Part shown: one piece after another, positions 11,216-21,166 of the stretch
Position numbering within the stretch: position 1 is the first letter of the stretch
Layout: every line of letters begins with the position of its first letter
NCBI GenBank assembly: GCA_965222225.1
Contig: CBDCTK010000002.1
Coordinates: 1,248,001 to 1,312,000, forward strand
DNA from: Candidatus Poribacteria bacterium
Lineage (GTDB): Bacteria > Poribacteria > WGA-4E > JAJDTR01
Reading direction: 5' to 3'
DNA length: 64,000 nt
The notes under the pieces: generated by a model
The model's database searches: none
What the model saw: only the letters and a program-made list of their open reading frames with translations
Told to the model about the DNA's origin: nothing
Made by a program: the position numbers and the translations under genes

Positions 11216-12235
11216 ATGGAAAAACAAAGTCATGCTCGGTCTGGGATGCAGAATCAATTCTCACGTTCCATCCTCCCGTTTTTTGATTACCTGATAGTTC
11301 TCCGCCCCACCCTCCTATTTCCTGTCTGGACACTCGTACTTCTAGGACATTATCATGGAACAGCGCACATCTCTCATTCCTTAAAATTTGAGTTTCTAGC
11401 TGCTGAAATTCCAATCTACTTGAATTTGGACGCTCGCGTCTGGGTTACGCTTTGCTTGTACTCAATGTTGGCAAGTGCCGGTTATATCATAAACCAGATA
11501 GCAGATAAAGAAACGGATTTGGCAAATGACAAGCTATATCTGGTTGCCAACGGATACGTAAAACTACCGCTGATTAAATTGGAGGCGGCTGCATTATTTC
11601 TTGCCTCGATTGTGTGGGCGGTTGTGTGGTTTCACCGTAGTTGGGCATATCTCGCGCTGATTGCACTATCCACTGTTCTGGGGGTGATTTACTCCGTCCA
11701 ACCGTTTCGATTGAAAGGCAAACCGATACTTGACCTTCTGGCAAACGCGATTGGATATGGGGGTATAGCATTCCTTCTCGGATGGGCGGCAACCGCCAAA
11801 TTAAACGCAGAAGCGCTACAGCGAGCTATCCCTTACATGTTCTGTGTCGGAGCCGCTTTTGTTAATACAACGCTTCCGGATCTGAAAGGAGACTCGGCGC
11901 ATGGCGATCGAACAACCGGAGTTTTATTGGGCGTGCGGCGAGCGTGTCAATTGAGTCTATTCCTCTTGGTCATCGCAATACTGTCGGCGTGGATTGTCAA
12001 AGATGCCATTGCGCTTATTTCCGGTTTGGTCTCCGTTCCGTTCTTCGTATACATGAACATCACGCCGAAACGGCAAGCTATCATTCTGGCAACTCGTGTC
12101 GGCATCCTTATGCTCTCGCTTGTTGCTTGCATTCTCATTCCGCCCTATTTCATCTTATTCGGGTGTGCCTTGCTATTTGTTCGTTGGTACTACAGCGCTC
12201 GATTTGACATCGTATATCCCGGCTCTAAAGCATGA
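11216..12235 (+). CDS. UbiA-family prenyltransferase
   Basis: LRP, NQIADKETDLAN, YSVQPFRLK, LPDLKGD; multiple TM helices. Confidence 0.85.
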   Translation: MEKQSHARSGMQNQFSRSILPFFDYLIVLRPTLLFPVWTLVLLGHYHGTAHISHSLKFEFLAAEIPIYLNLDARVWVTLCLYSMLASAGYIINQIADKETDLANDKLYLVANGYVKLPLIKLEAAALFLASIVWAVVWFHRSWAYLALIALSTVLGVIYSVQPFRLKGKPILDLLANAIGYGGIAFLLGWAATAKLNAEALQRAIPYMFCVGAAFVNTTLPDLKGDSAHGDRTTGVLLGVRRACQLSLFLLVIAILSAWIVKDAIALISGLVSVPFFVYMNITPKRQAIILATRVGILMLSLVACILIPPYFILFGCALLFVRWYYSARFDIVYPGSKA

Positions 12236-12308
12236 TATTCAAACTCAAAACCCTCTTAGGTATCACGGTCATGCACCCATTTCACGCCTTGCGCATTAAA
12301 GTAGAAGA

Positions 12309-13169
12309 ATGTCTTCGTCAGTAGCGCGACTATGCGCTATTCTAGAACTCTCGCGCCCAGCTAATGGTGTTATCGCTTTTGTCTCGGTTATGCTAGGCGG
12401 GCTTTTCGCCGTCAAGGGACAAATAAATCGCCTTGATGATGTTGGGTTGTTGATGGCGGCATTTTCCGCACTACTACTCTTGGCGGCGGGCAACAGCCTC
12501 AATGACTACTGCGACTCTGAAATTGACCGCACCAATAAACCTCGACGCCCAATCCCTTCGGGGCGGATTCAGCGGAGAGAGGCCTTAATCGCCGCCATAC
12601 TCTTAATGGGAGCCGGAATAACGCTCGGGTGTCTTGTCAATCGACACATAGCGATAATCGTTGTGGGCGTTTCCACAAGTTTAATCGGCTATGCACTCTG
12701 GCTCAAACGCACCCCGATGATTGGAAATCTCCTTGTAGGCTTTCTCACCGGACTGACTTTCATCGCGGGGGGTGCGGTTTTTGAGTCCTTTCGAGGGACA
12801 CTTGTACCGGCGACCTTTGCACTCCTGTTTACCACAGCGCGTGAGATTGTCAAAGATATTGAAGACACTGAAGGTGACTTCAAAAACAACGCGAACACAA
12901 TCGCGGTCATCAGCAAATCTGTGGCTGCCTTGATAGCTTCAATTTTTATGGGAACTGTTATCCTATTTAGTCCGGTTCCATATCTGTTGGGCTGGTATTC
13001 ATGGCGTTACATGCTCATGGTTTTTATTGGCGTTGATCTGGTTCTAATGTACCTCCTTGTTCAACTCTGCAAAGATGCCTCAAAAGAAAATAGTTTGCGT
13101 ATCCAGAAGTGGATGAAGTGGGACATCTTGGTCGGACTCGGTGCAATATGCGTTGGCGACTTTGTATAG
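12309..13169 (+). CDS. Digeranylgeranylglyceryl phosphate synthase-like (UbiA family)
   Basis: RPAN, GNSLNDYCDSEIDRTNKPRRPIPSGRI, LKRTPMIGNL, AREIVKDIEDTEGD. Confidence 0.85.
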   Translation: MSSSVARLCAILELSRPANGVIAFVSVMLGGLFAVKGQINRLDDVGLLMAAFSALLLLAAGNSLNDYCDSEIDRTNKPRRPIPSGRIQRREALIAAILLMGAGITLGCLVNRHIAIIVVGVSTSLIGYALWLKRTPMIGNLLVGFLTGLTFIAGGAVFESFRGTLVPATFALLFTTAREIVKDIEDTEGDFKNNANTIAVISKSVAALIASIFMGTVILFSPVPYLLGWYSWRYMLMVFIGVDLVLMYLLVQLCKDASKENSLRIQKWMKWDILVGLGAICVGDFV

Positions 13170-13199
13170 TACAGCGTAGTTTTCGTAGGTTTCTGACAA

Positions 13200-14561
13200 A
13201 TGGCGGTTGAAACCAAAGACTACGAAACAGTGATTAACTTTCTCCAATCATCTGACTCAAGGGAATGTCTTGCCCAGATTCCTGCGCGCCCCGAATCGAC
13301 AAGGTCGACGCAAGCAACCTCCGATTTGGGAGCATTGTTGAAAGAAGATTACGATTACCAAAAGCGGACTGGCGAATGGCGGCGCGACTATCAGATTTTC
13401 ATTGCCGGTTGGGTGCAGCTTGAGGGAGTAATGGTACTCACTTCCGCTCAAGAGTTGGACGCGGACTTATTGGTTGAAATTTCTGCCACCAACGAACGTG
13501 CGCTGAGAGATTTACTGTTGTCATTTCCCCGAACGAAGGTTGGGTGCTTTCGTTGCGGCGACAGATGGATGTTTAACCCTCTAGGAGAAATTCTCGACGG
13601 TCATGAAATGCCCGACTATGGTGACTGCTGTTTTCTCGGAATTAAACGAGGAAGCAAAAATGTCTCTATCGTTTCTCCTACCGAGAAGCAATTTGAAAAT
13701 GAGCGCGGAAACCAACGAACGATTAAGCGGAAGGACCCTGTTATCTCTGAATTCCGAACCCTTGCTTCTCTGGGTGGAAAGCTGAAACTGTCAAAATTTA
13801 CGGTTGAAGGGTCAACCCTTGCAAGACGCGCGATTGATGACGGTTTGCCAGTAGAAAAGGTACTTTTTACTCCCGATTTGCTATCAGATTCTGGTGGTAA
13901 AAATCTCCTGAATCGTATACATTCGGAGAACCTGATGTATTATCAGGTGAATGATGGAGTGATGGGAACGCTTACGACTACAAGGCCTGTGCCATCAGTC
14001 ATTGCTGCGGTGCAAATGAACTATCGTGACGCGGATGACTTTCATCTGACCTCAGAGACCGTAATACTAATCACAGATAGCGTTGCGAACCCGGACAATC
14101 TTGGGATGGTTCTGCGTACCGCCGATGCCGCCGGTGTGGATGGAGTTCTTGTTATTGGTGACGGTGCAAGCCCTTTCCACAGGAATTGCATTAGGGCGTC
14201 TAGAGGCGCGGTTGGGAGAATCCCTCTGTTATATTGTTCGGATGTCGATCGCTATCTCGCAAGATTAATAGGTGCCGGTTTTAATCTTATAGCAGCTACT
14301 TCCAAATCGGACAACCACCTATATGACCTTGAACTCGAAGTTCCTTTGGCATTTGTCGTTGGCAACGAAAATGAAGGAATTCGGAAAACAATATTAGATC
14401 TTTGCACAAATCTTGTCTCCATCCCAATGGCACCGGGGCAATCTTCCTTAAATGTGGGGGTTGCAACTGGTGTGCTACTGTACGAGCTTGTACGCCGCCG
14501 CAATTTGTCCGGGAACGGCAAACAGCTTGTTATCGGTCAGACGCTGCACGGAGATACATAG
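13200..14561 (+). CDS. TrmH/SpoU RNA 2'-O-methyltransferase with long N-terminal extension
   Basis: NPDNLGMVLRTADAAG, VGNENEGI, IPMAPGQSSLNVGVA. Confidence 0.85.
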   Translation: MAVETKDYETVINFLQSSDSRECLAQIPARPESTRSTQATSDLGALLKEDYDYQKRTGEWRRDYQIFIAGWVQLEGVMVLTSAQELDADLLVEISATNERALRDLLLSFPRTKVGCFRCGDRWMFNPLGEILDGHEMPDYGDCCFLGIKRGSKNVSIVSPTEKQFENERGNQRTIKRKDPVISEFRTLASLGGKLKLSKFTVEGSTLARRAIDDGLPVEKVLFTPDLLSDSGGKNLLNRIHSENLMYYQVNDGVMGTLTTTRPVPSVIAAVQMNYRDADDFHLTSETVILITDSVANPDNLGMVLRTADAAGVDGVLVIGDGASPFHRNCIRASRGAVGRIPLLYCSDVDRYLARLIGAGFNLIAATSKSDNHLYDLELEVPLAFVVGNENEGIRKTILDLCTNLVSIPMAPGQSSLNVGVATGVLLYELVRRRNLSGNGKQLVIGQTLHGDT

Positions 14562-15002
14562 ATGCCTGGACCGACATGGATAATATGTGACCCGTGAATT
14601 ACTTATTGGAAATCCATCGGTTTTCGATAAATTTGAATTGCTCAGCCTTTCGCGCCAGCGGGGATCAAATGAGCGGATAGCGAGTGCGATAGAGATTCCT
14701 GTATGCGCAAAGTTACGTCGAATCAACCCGCAGAACCCAAGCGTAGGATAGCCAATCATCAAATTAAGATAAAATCCCTGCATGAGACTTTGTAAGTCCC
14801 GCCGTGGATTAAGCCGCCGAATTGGGAGCGCGATTGAAGCCCTAAAGGCGTAAAACGGGCAACAACAAAAACATGGGCAAGTCCTTCCTCAAATGACCAA
14901 ATATGGCATTGCCACCCACAAGTCAAGCAGGTTGTCATTCAACTGGATGATGCATAAAAAAATTCATGGACTATAAGTCAGCCGCGCAAACTGGAGATTG
15001 CC

Positions 15003-15946
15003 ATGAGTAAACGATTTAATATTTATATCCCCAGTGGGGACAGCGGGGTGGAAGTACATCGAATGAAGAAATGGCTTCGTCAACCTCGCGAACACGTTCC
15101 TGAAGGAATAGATGTCAATAGGCAGAACTCTTATCAGTTGCGCTCAACCTTAAAACACCAGGGCTGGGTGGACCGGGAAACAGAAACAGAGGTGCGGCTA
15201 ATATCACCTGAATCCGACACTCTGTCAAGGGTTGACAAGTTGTTTGGACAATTCGAGAGAAGACGATATAACGTTTATATTCCAAGTGGGGATAGTGGGG
15301 TGGAAGTACATCGCATGAAGGAATGGCTTCGTCAACATCCCGAGCACATTCCTGAAGGGTTGGATGTCGGCGAGTACGACGCTTTTGCGGTGCATACAGC
15401 TTTGCAAAGGCAAGGTTGGGTGGATCAGGAAACAGAATCAGAAGTGCGGCTGATTTCACCAGATTCCGACACCGAATTAAGGGTTGCCAAATTGTTTGGG
15501 CAATCCGAGGACGAGGAGACCAACTTAGACGGCGATCCCGTCTTCACTTTAGAGCATCAACTTCGGGATTTCTTCGCTGAAAACATCAATACGATTCTTG
15601 AAATGGTAGGCATCTGAGGTTATATGAGGACGAAGAAGGGCAAGAGGGTGTTGAATATCAAACAGTAACAGGTCGAATTGATATCCTTGCGATAGACGAT
15701 GATGGCGCGTTCTACGTCATTGAGTTTAAGCGCGATCGGGCAAGTGATAAAGTTGTGGGCCAGGTCGCCAGATATATGGGTTGCATCCAGCGCACCATAG
15801 CGGTAGGAAGAGAGGTAAACGGGGTCATCGTGGCAAAGGATATTGATCGCAATCTGAGATATGCCGCATCGGTAATTCCACAGGTACATCTCTTCGAATA
15901 TCAAATGGAATTCCACCTGAATGAAGCCGATGAAATTGGATCCTAA
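15003..15946 (+). CDS. Tandem-domain protein with C-terminal NucS/EndoMS-like PD-(D/E)xK nuclease; one-base frameshift near 15601
   Basis: Two 84-aa repeats, then LEHQLRDFFAEN; shifted frame from 15602 reads NGRHLRLYED..EYQTVTGRIDILAIDDDGAFYVIEFKRDRASDKVVGQVARYMG. Confidence 0.75.
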
Positions 15947-16578
15947 CAATTATAGCACCTTACGCACTAAAGATTCCGTCTCCAACAGGGTCGTAGGTTG
16001 GGTTGATCGGGAATCCATTAATAATTGCTCGTCCCCTTAACACATATTTCAGCCCCTTGAAAACTTAACATACGTATGGTATAATTCGCCTATCAAAGGA
16101 ACGAATAGATTAAGCGAACGAACAGTGAGTGCGATGAAGATTTCAATGCGATAGAGTTCCCATAGAAAATCTTGATAATGAATCCTGATTCATACAATTA
16201 CCAAAATACGCCATCCTTACACATTATTCTTCCCAATAAACAACTACAGGATGGGGGGGGTAAAAACTATTCGCACAAAATCGCAGATTTTCGCAGAACG
16301 CTGCATTGCCTTCCAACCCGTGTCATTACGGGTTTCCAAGGCGATTTTTACTAGTAGCTATAGTATGCGACCTGCGGAACTGTAACTCCAAATTGAATCT
16401 CGGAAAGTCAGGTCGAAAAACAGGATAGCCATCAAACAAACGAAGTTTGACCGCGTTGCGCTGACGATGGCAAATCCCCGTGCGTTAGCGCTCCTGGAAT
16501 ACAGGCGAAACGCATCTAAATTTACGACTTTACAAGAAAGAAATCCGGGCTAAGTTTGTAATGCTTTTCTTGGGGATC

Positions 16579-16680
16579 GTAGGTTGGGTTGAACGGCAAT
16601 CCGTCAATAATCGTTATTCTTGGAGAAGTTTTCGAGTGCCCACTTTACATGTATGTGCCAAAATTTGAGTGAAACCCAAC
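16579..16680 (+). repeat. REP-like element GTAGGTTGGGTTGA...GAAACCCAAC (partial second copy from 15993)
   Basis: GTAG plus GTTGGGTT/AACCCAAC inverted ends; same 5' end at 15993. Confidence 0.55.
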
Positions 16681-16975
16681 AATAATCGTACATTCTACCA
16701 CCATGAGACGTCCTTTGTAATTGGATGCGATTCTCCGGCGATTTTTGTGCCCCTATGGACAATGGAGAAAACTTGGGTTAATAGTTAAAGGCAGGCATTC
16801 CAAACGGTATACTGGACGACTCTACCGTTAGATTTTTCAAACATGCGGACAACACCAGAAGTCATGACAGGTAGGGAGGGGATGATTTTATTGAGGCCAC
16901 ATTGCGAAGATTCCCGCCTGTCCCATATATATTAGAGGAGTCCCTTGCGCTTCAATTTCAACGGACGTAAAATCA

Positions 16976-17194
16976 ATGATTCTAATTAACGAAGAACTGT
17001 GCAGCTATTGTGGGGCATGTGTCGCTGTCTGCCCGGAAAATATCATCGATTTAGTTGACATTTATCTGAAAATAGATCAATCGAAGTGCACCGACTGCAT
17101 GCGTTGTGTTAAAGGTTGCCCGGTTGGTGTGCTTGCTCTGGAACGCAATGGTAAGGTATATTATCCAGCATATGAAGGGCGGGGATTATTTTAA
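16976..17194 (+). CDS. 2[4Fe-4S] ferredoxin
   Basis: [12 protein letters not shown] and [12 protein letters not shown]; TAATG overlap with next gene. Confidence 0.93.
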   Translation: MILINEELCSYCGACVAVCPENIIDLVDIYLKIDQSKCTDCMRCVKGCPVGVLALERNGKVYYPAYEGRGLF

Positions 17195-18386
17195 TGTTCC
17201 ACTCCGAGTTTGATGTTATTGTCGTCGGTGCTGGCCCGGGAGGTTCGATTGCCGCGAAGGTTGCCGCCGAAAATGGCTTAAGTGTTCTGCTCTTGGAGAA
17301 ACGCCAAGAAATCGGTTCCCCCGTTCGCTGAGCGGAAGGTATCGGCACAGCGTCGCTGTGTGAATTTATTCAGCCGCATCCATCTTGGATATCCCAGCAG
17401 ATCAACGGCGGCCGACTGTTTTCGCCTAACGAAACAGCAGCTACACTTGACTTCCCGAGAGCGGGATATGTGCTTGAGCGCAAAGTCTTCGATCGCATAC
17501 TCGCGGAGATGGCAGGAGATGCCGGCCCGAGTTGCTAGTGAAAGCGAGGGTAACTACGGTCACCAAGTCGGACGACGGAGTAGTCAACGGCGTAACCTTC
17601 CGTCATTCTGGTCGTGATTACACCTGTAAAGCCAAAACGGTGATTGCCGCAGATGGAATTGAATCGCAGGTTGCGCGTTGGGCGGGAATTGATAGTACTC
17701 ACGATTTGCGCGATGTGGATATCTGCGCCCAATATTTGGTTTCAAACATTGACATCATTCCGGATCACTGTGACTTCTATGTCGGACGCGAGATTGCTCC
17801 ACGCGGATACATCTGGGTTTTTCCAAAGGGGAAAAACATTGCCAATGTAGGCGTTGGCATTGGGGGCGCCATATCCGGAAAGGGCGGCAAACTCGCCATT
17901 GATTACTTGAATGAGTTTGTAAAACGAAAATTCCCCGATGGCAAAATCTTGGCTCAAGTCGTCGGCTGTGTGCCAGTCGGCGATAGCCTACCCGACATAG
18001 TTGGCGATGGAATCCTCCTAATAGGTGATGCCGCACACCACAGCGATCCCATCTCCGGCGGCGGAATCGCTAACGCAATGTACTCAGGTCAATTCGCAGC
18101 AGAAGCCGCAGTCGAGGGAATCCGAATCGGCGATGTTTCCGCCAAGACTCTTAGCTCCTATGAGAGGCGTTGGAACAAACAAATAGGGAAGCATTTCAAG
18201 CATATATGTCGTATACGTGACGGGCTGTTTAAGTTCAGTGATGACACGTTTGATAGGTGTGCTGAAGTCATATCGAAAATGCCCAGTGAAAAAGTTACCA
18301 TGACACAAATCTTCAAAACCGTGTTAAAACACCAGCCCCGATTACTGTTGGAATTAAGACATTTGGTTCTGGCGGGCTGGGTTTAG
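17194..18386 (+). CDS. Geranylgeranyl reductase (archaeal DGGR-like); in-frame TGA at 17329-17331 (putative Sec) and one-base frameshift near 17527
   Basis: [71 protein letters not shown]. Confidence 0.88.
17345..17361 (+). promoter_or_regulatory. Putative bacterial SECIS hairpin of GGR
   Basis: GCACAGC-GTC-GCTGTGT stem-loop; G-first loop begins 21 nt after the UGA. Confidence 0.6.
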
Positions 18387-18422
18387 TAAGGATGCAGCGC
18401 TTAGAACGTTGGCATTTGGTGA

Positions 18423-19193
18423 TTGAACCGAATCATTCCTATTATAATGCAATCTGATTTTGTCCTCAACTATCTTCAAGAGACCATTACGAGATATAAA
18501 GCGGGATATTTAGTTCTTATCGATCCCGATCAATACTCCGTCTCGGACTGTGTCGAATCAGCTCATCAAGCAGAAGATGCGGGTACCGATGCACTTCTTC
18601 TAGGTGGCAGCTTTCTGACTACCGATCTCCAACCCGTAGCGGAGACCCTGAAAAGAGAAACACGGTTACCAATCATCCTCTTCCCCGGCGACGCAATGCA
18701 CCTAACGCCTCATGCGGACGCCATTTTATACCTCAGTCTTATAAGCGGGCGGAACGCCAACTTTCTAATCGGAGAGCAGGTTAAGGCTGCGCCTAGGCTA
18801 CGACAGTACGGTATTGAATCGATTCCAACGGGATATATGTTGATTGATAGTGGTCGCCAAACATCGGTTGGATTCATGAGTGGGACAACGCCATTGCCCC
18901 GTGACAAGTTCGATCTCGCTTGGGCGCATGCTCTTGCCGCTGAATATCTCGGTATGCAGTTGGTCTATCTCGAAGCCGGCAGTGGAGCAGAATATCCCGT
19001 CCCTGATCGGATGATTGCCGCAGTGAAGGAACACATCAGTATCCCGGTTCTTGTTGGCGGTGGAATCACTACACCTGAAATTGCTGCTCAAAAAGTCGAA
19101 GCCGGTGCAGATTTCATCGTGACAGGTACGGCCATCGAAAATAGTCGCTCTTTGACGGTGATGAAACAGTTCGCCGACGCGGTTCACGGGTAG
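18423..19193 (+). CDS. Geranylgeranylglyceryl phosphate synthase (group II GGGPS/PcrB family)
   Basis: LIDPD, LGGS, LFPGD, SLISGRN, TGYMLIDSG, YLEAGSGA, VGGGI. Confidence 0.92.
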   Translation: MNRIIPIIMQSDFVLNYLQETITRYKAGYLVLIDPDQYSVSDCVESAHQAEDAGTDALLLGGSFLTTDLQPVAETLKRETRLPIILFPGDAMHLTPHADAILYLSLISGRNANFLIGEQVKAAPRLRQYGIESIPTGYMLIDSGRQTSVGFMSGTTPLPRDKFDLAWAHALAAEYLGMQLVYLEAGSGAEYPVPDRMIAAVKEHISIPVLVGGGITTPEIAAQKVEAGADFIVTGTAIENSRSLTVMKQFADAVHG

Positions 19194-19214
19194 CTTGCAC
19201 CGAGAGATTTTCGC

Positions 19215-19243
19215 TTGACAACCATAACGTAGCATGGTATTTT
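19215..19243 (+). promoter_or_regulatory. Sigma70 promoter of hrcA operon
   Basis: TTGACA-17 nt-TATTTT with TG extended -10. Confidence 0.7.
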
Positions 19244-19255
19244 TTGCACATTGTG

Positions 19256-19282
19256 TTAGCACTTGCAAGTAGAGAGTGCTAA
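19256..19282 (+). promoter_or_regulatory. CIRCE operator
   Basis: TTAGCACTt-N9-GAGTGCTAA upstream of hrcA. Confidence 0.95.
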
Positions 19283-19309
19283 AATTTAATTTGTGATAGG
19301 GTTAGAGCC

Positions 19310-20374
19310 TTGGCAACTTCTACATTGGATTTCCGTAAACGTGAAGTCCTAGAAGCAATAATTGAGTGCTACAATCAGACAGCTGCACCGGTTGGGTCAC
19401 GCACCATTGTACGCCGATATGGTATGGGGGTTAGTGCTGCGACTATCCGGAATACGATGGCCGATCTGGAGGAGCTTGGGTATGTGACTCAGCCTCATCC
19501 TTCCGCTGGACGGGTGCCGACGGAGATTGGATATAGGGTCTATGTCGACACATTGATGGAAGCAGAGGAACTTAGTAACAAAGAGAAACTATTGATTCAA
19601 GAGAGATGCGCCTCACTTGATGGTAGCTTTGAAGGAATTATTGAACAAATTTCCAAAATTTTGTCCGAAATCTCACATTATATCGGTTTTGTTCTAACCC
19701 CGGAACTTCATGACAGTATCTTGCGCCGACTTGAGCTTATCCCAATTGACGAAGATGATGACAACTCGGAACATCAAGGCAAGGTGCTCGCGGTTTTATT
19801 GATGGCGTCGGGAGTTGTAAAGAACCACATTGTTCCAGTCAGTAAAGATCTTTCAGACAAAGATATTCGTCGAATTAGCCGAATCTTGAATGAAAAACTG
19901 GTGGGTCTTTCTTTGCAACGTATACAGCAAATCTCTCAAGACACAGCGCACCTTAAAGTAATCTTCGACACCTATCTGTCGGACTCAGTCGTGGCATTCA
20001 CTCGTGACACCTTCTCACTAAATCAAGAGATACATATTTTTCTGGACGGTGCTTCCAATTTCTTCAGCCAGCCTGAATTTCTACAGGTCGAGAAGATCGG
20101 GCCTCTGTTCCGCTTACTTGAACAGAAAGAACGGATTGCCGGGTTGCTGTCTCCTCAGCAGCCAACGTCCGGAATTCAGGTAGTAATTGGTAGCGAGAAC
20201 AAATACGAAGGTATGGAGATGTGTAGTGTTGTGCACTCATGTTACACAAGCCACGGCGATGTCTTGGGGACGATAGGGGTTATTGGACCAACTCGGATGC
20301 AGTATTCACGCATTGTGTCAATCGTCGATTTTACGGCTCAAGTTATGAGCCAAGTTTTTGAACATACTCTATGA
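19310..20374 (+). CDS. hrcA: Heat-inducible transcription repressor
   Basis: PVGSR, SAATIRNTMADLE, QPHPSAGRVPT, IGPTRMQY. Confidence 0.97.
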   Translation: MATSTLDFRKREVLEAIIECYNQTAAPVGSRTIVRRYGMGVSAATIRNTMADLEELGYVTQPHPSAGRVPTEIGYRVYVDTLMEAEELSNKEKLLIQERCASLDGSFEGIIEQISKILSEISHYIGFVLTPELHDSILRRLELIPIDEDDDNSEHQGKVLAVLLMASGVVKNHIVPVSKDLSDKDIRRISRILNEKLVGLSLQRIQQISQDTAHLKVIFDTYLSDSVVAFTRDTFSLNQEIHIFLDGASNFFSQPEFLQVEKIGPLFRLLEQKERIAGLLSPQQPTSGIQVVIGSENKYEGMEMCSVVHSCYTSHGDVLGTIGVIGPTRMQYSRIVSIVDFTAQVMSQVFEHTL

Positions 20375-20390
20375 AATCAAGGAGACGAAC

Positions 20391-21104
20391 ATGTCGAAAG
20401 ACACAGAAACACAGGTAGAAATTGACGAAGCGGAAGGTGAGACGTCGTCGGAGGCTACCGCCCCAACTGACGACACAAACCAATCAGAAAAAGATAGTAT
20501 ACAAGGCGGCGAGGAAAATGAAACCCAAATTGATGACGGTGTCGAACCGGAGACCGCAGTGTCTTTTGAGGAAGAATTCGCCAAGCTGAAAGCTGAATAT
20601 CAAGAACAATACGACCAGATGCTTCGTAAAATTGCGGAATACGACAATGCAAAGAAACGGGCAGAGCGCCGGGCGGAGGAATCCTCTAAGTATGCCGTTG
20701 AAGGAGTCATTAAAGACATAATTCCAATCATTGATAGCGTTGAAAGAGCAATTGAGTCCACGAACGAATCCAAAGACTTTGATGCGTTAAGCGAAGGAAT
20801 TCAATTGATACACAAACAACTTCTTGATTCGCTTCAGAGGCGTAGTGTCAATCCAATTGAAGCCTTACGCGAGAACTTTGACCCAACTCGCCATGAAGCA
20901 ATCATGCATGTTGAATCAGAGGAGGTTCCGGAAAATGCAGTCATCGAAGAATTTCAGCGAGGATATACACTCCACGATCGCGTGATTCGTCCCTCCATGG
21001 TCTCAGTTTCGAAGGGTAAACCTGAGAAAGTGAAAGAATCAGTCGCCCCTGACGAAGAGGCCAATGCTCCGGATGATGTCAATGAACAGACGACTCCCAA
21101 ATAA
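20391..21104 (+). CDS. grpE: Nucleotide exchange factor GrpE
   Basis: AEYDNAKKR, FDPTRHEAI, GYTLHDRVIRPSMVSV; AGGAG RBS. Confidence 0.96.
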   Translation: MSKDTETQVEIDEAEGETSSEATAPTDDTNQSEKDSIQGGEENETQIDDGVEPETAVSFEEEFAKLKAEYQEQYDQMLRKIAEYDNAKKRAERRAEESSKYAVEGVIKDIIPIIDSVERAIESTNESKDFDALSEGIQLIHKQLLDSLQRRSVNPIEALRENFDPTRHEAIMHVESEEVPENAVIEEFQRGYTLHDRVIRPSMVSVSKGKPEKVKESVAPDEEANAPDDVNEQTTPK

Positions 21105-21166
21105 TCGGATAAAAAATAATGTAGGGCGGGACAGTATCTACGCTGATAAGAGAAAGGGAACACAGC

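Noticed and set aside
17282-17617. 111-aa ORF, and the 17532-start ORF taken as separate genes
   Set aside because: Artefacts of the TGA and frameshift within the GGR gene
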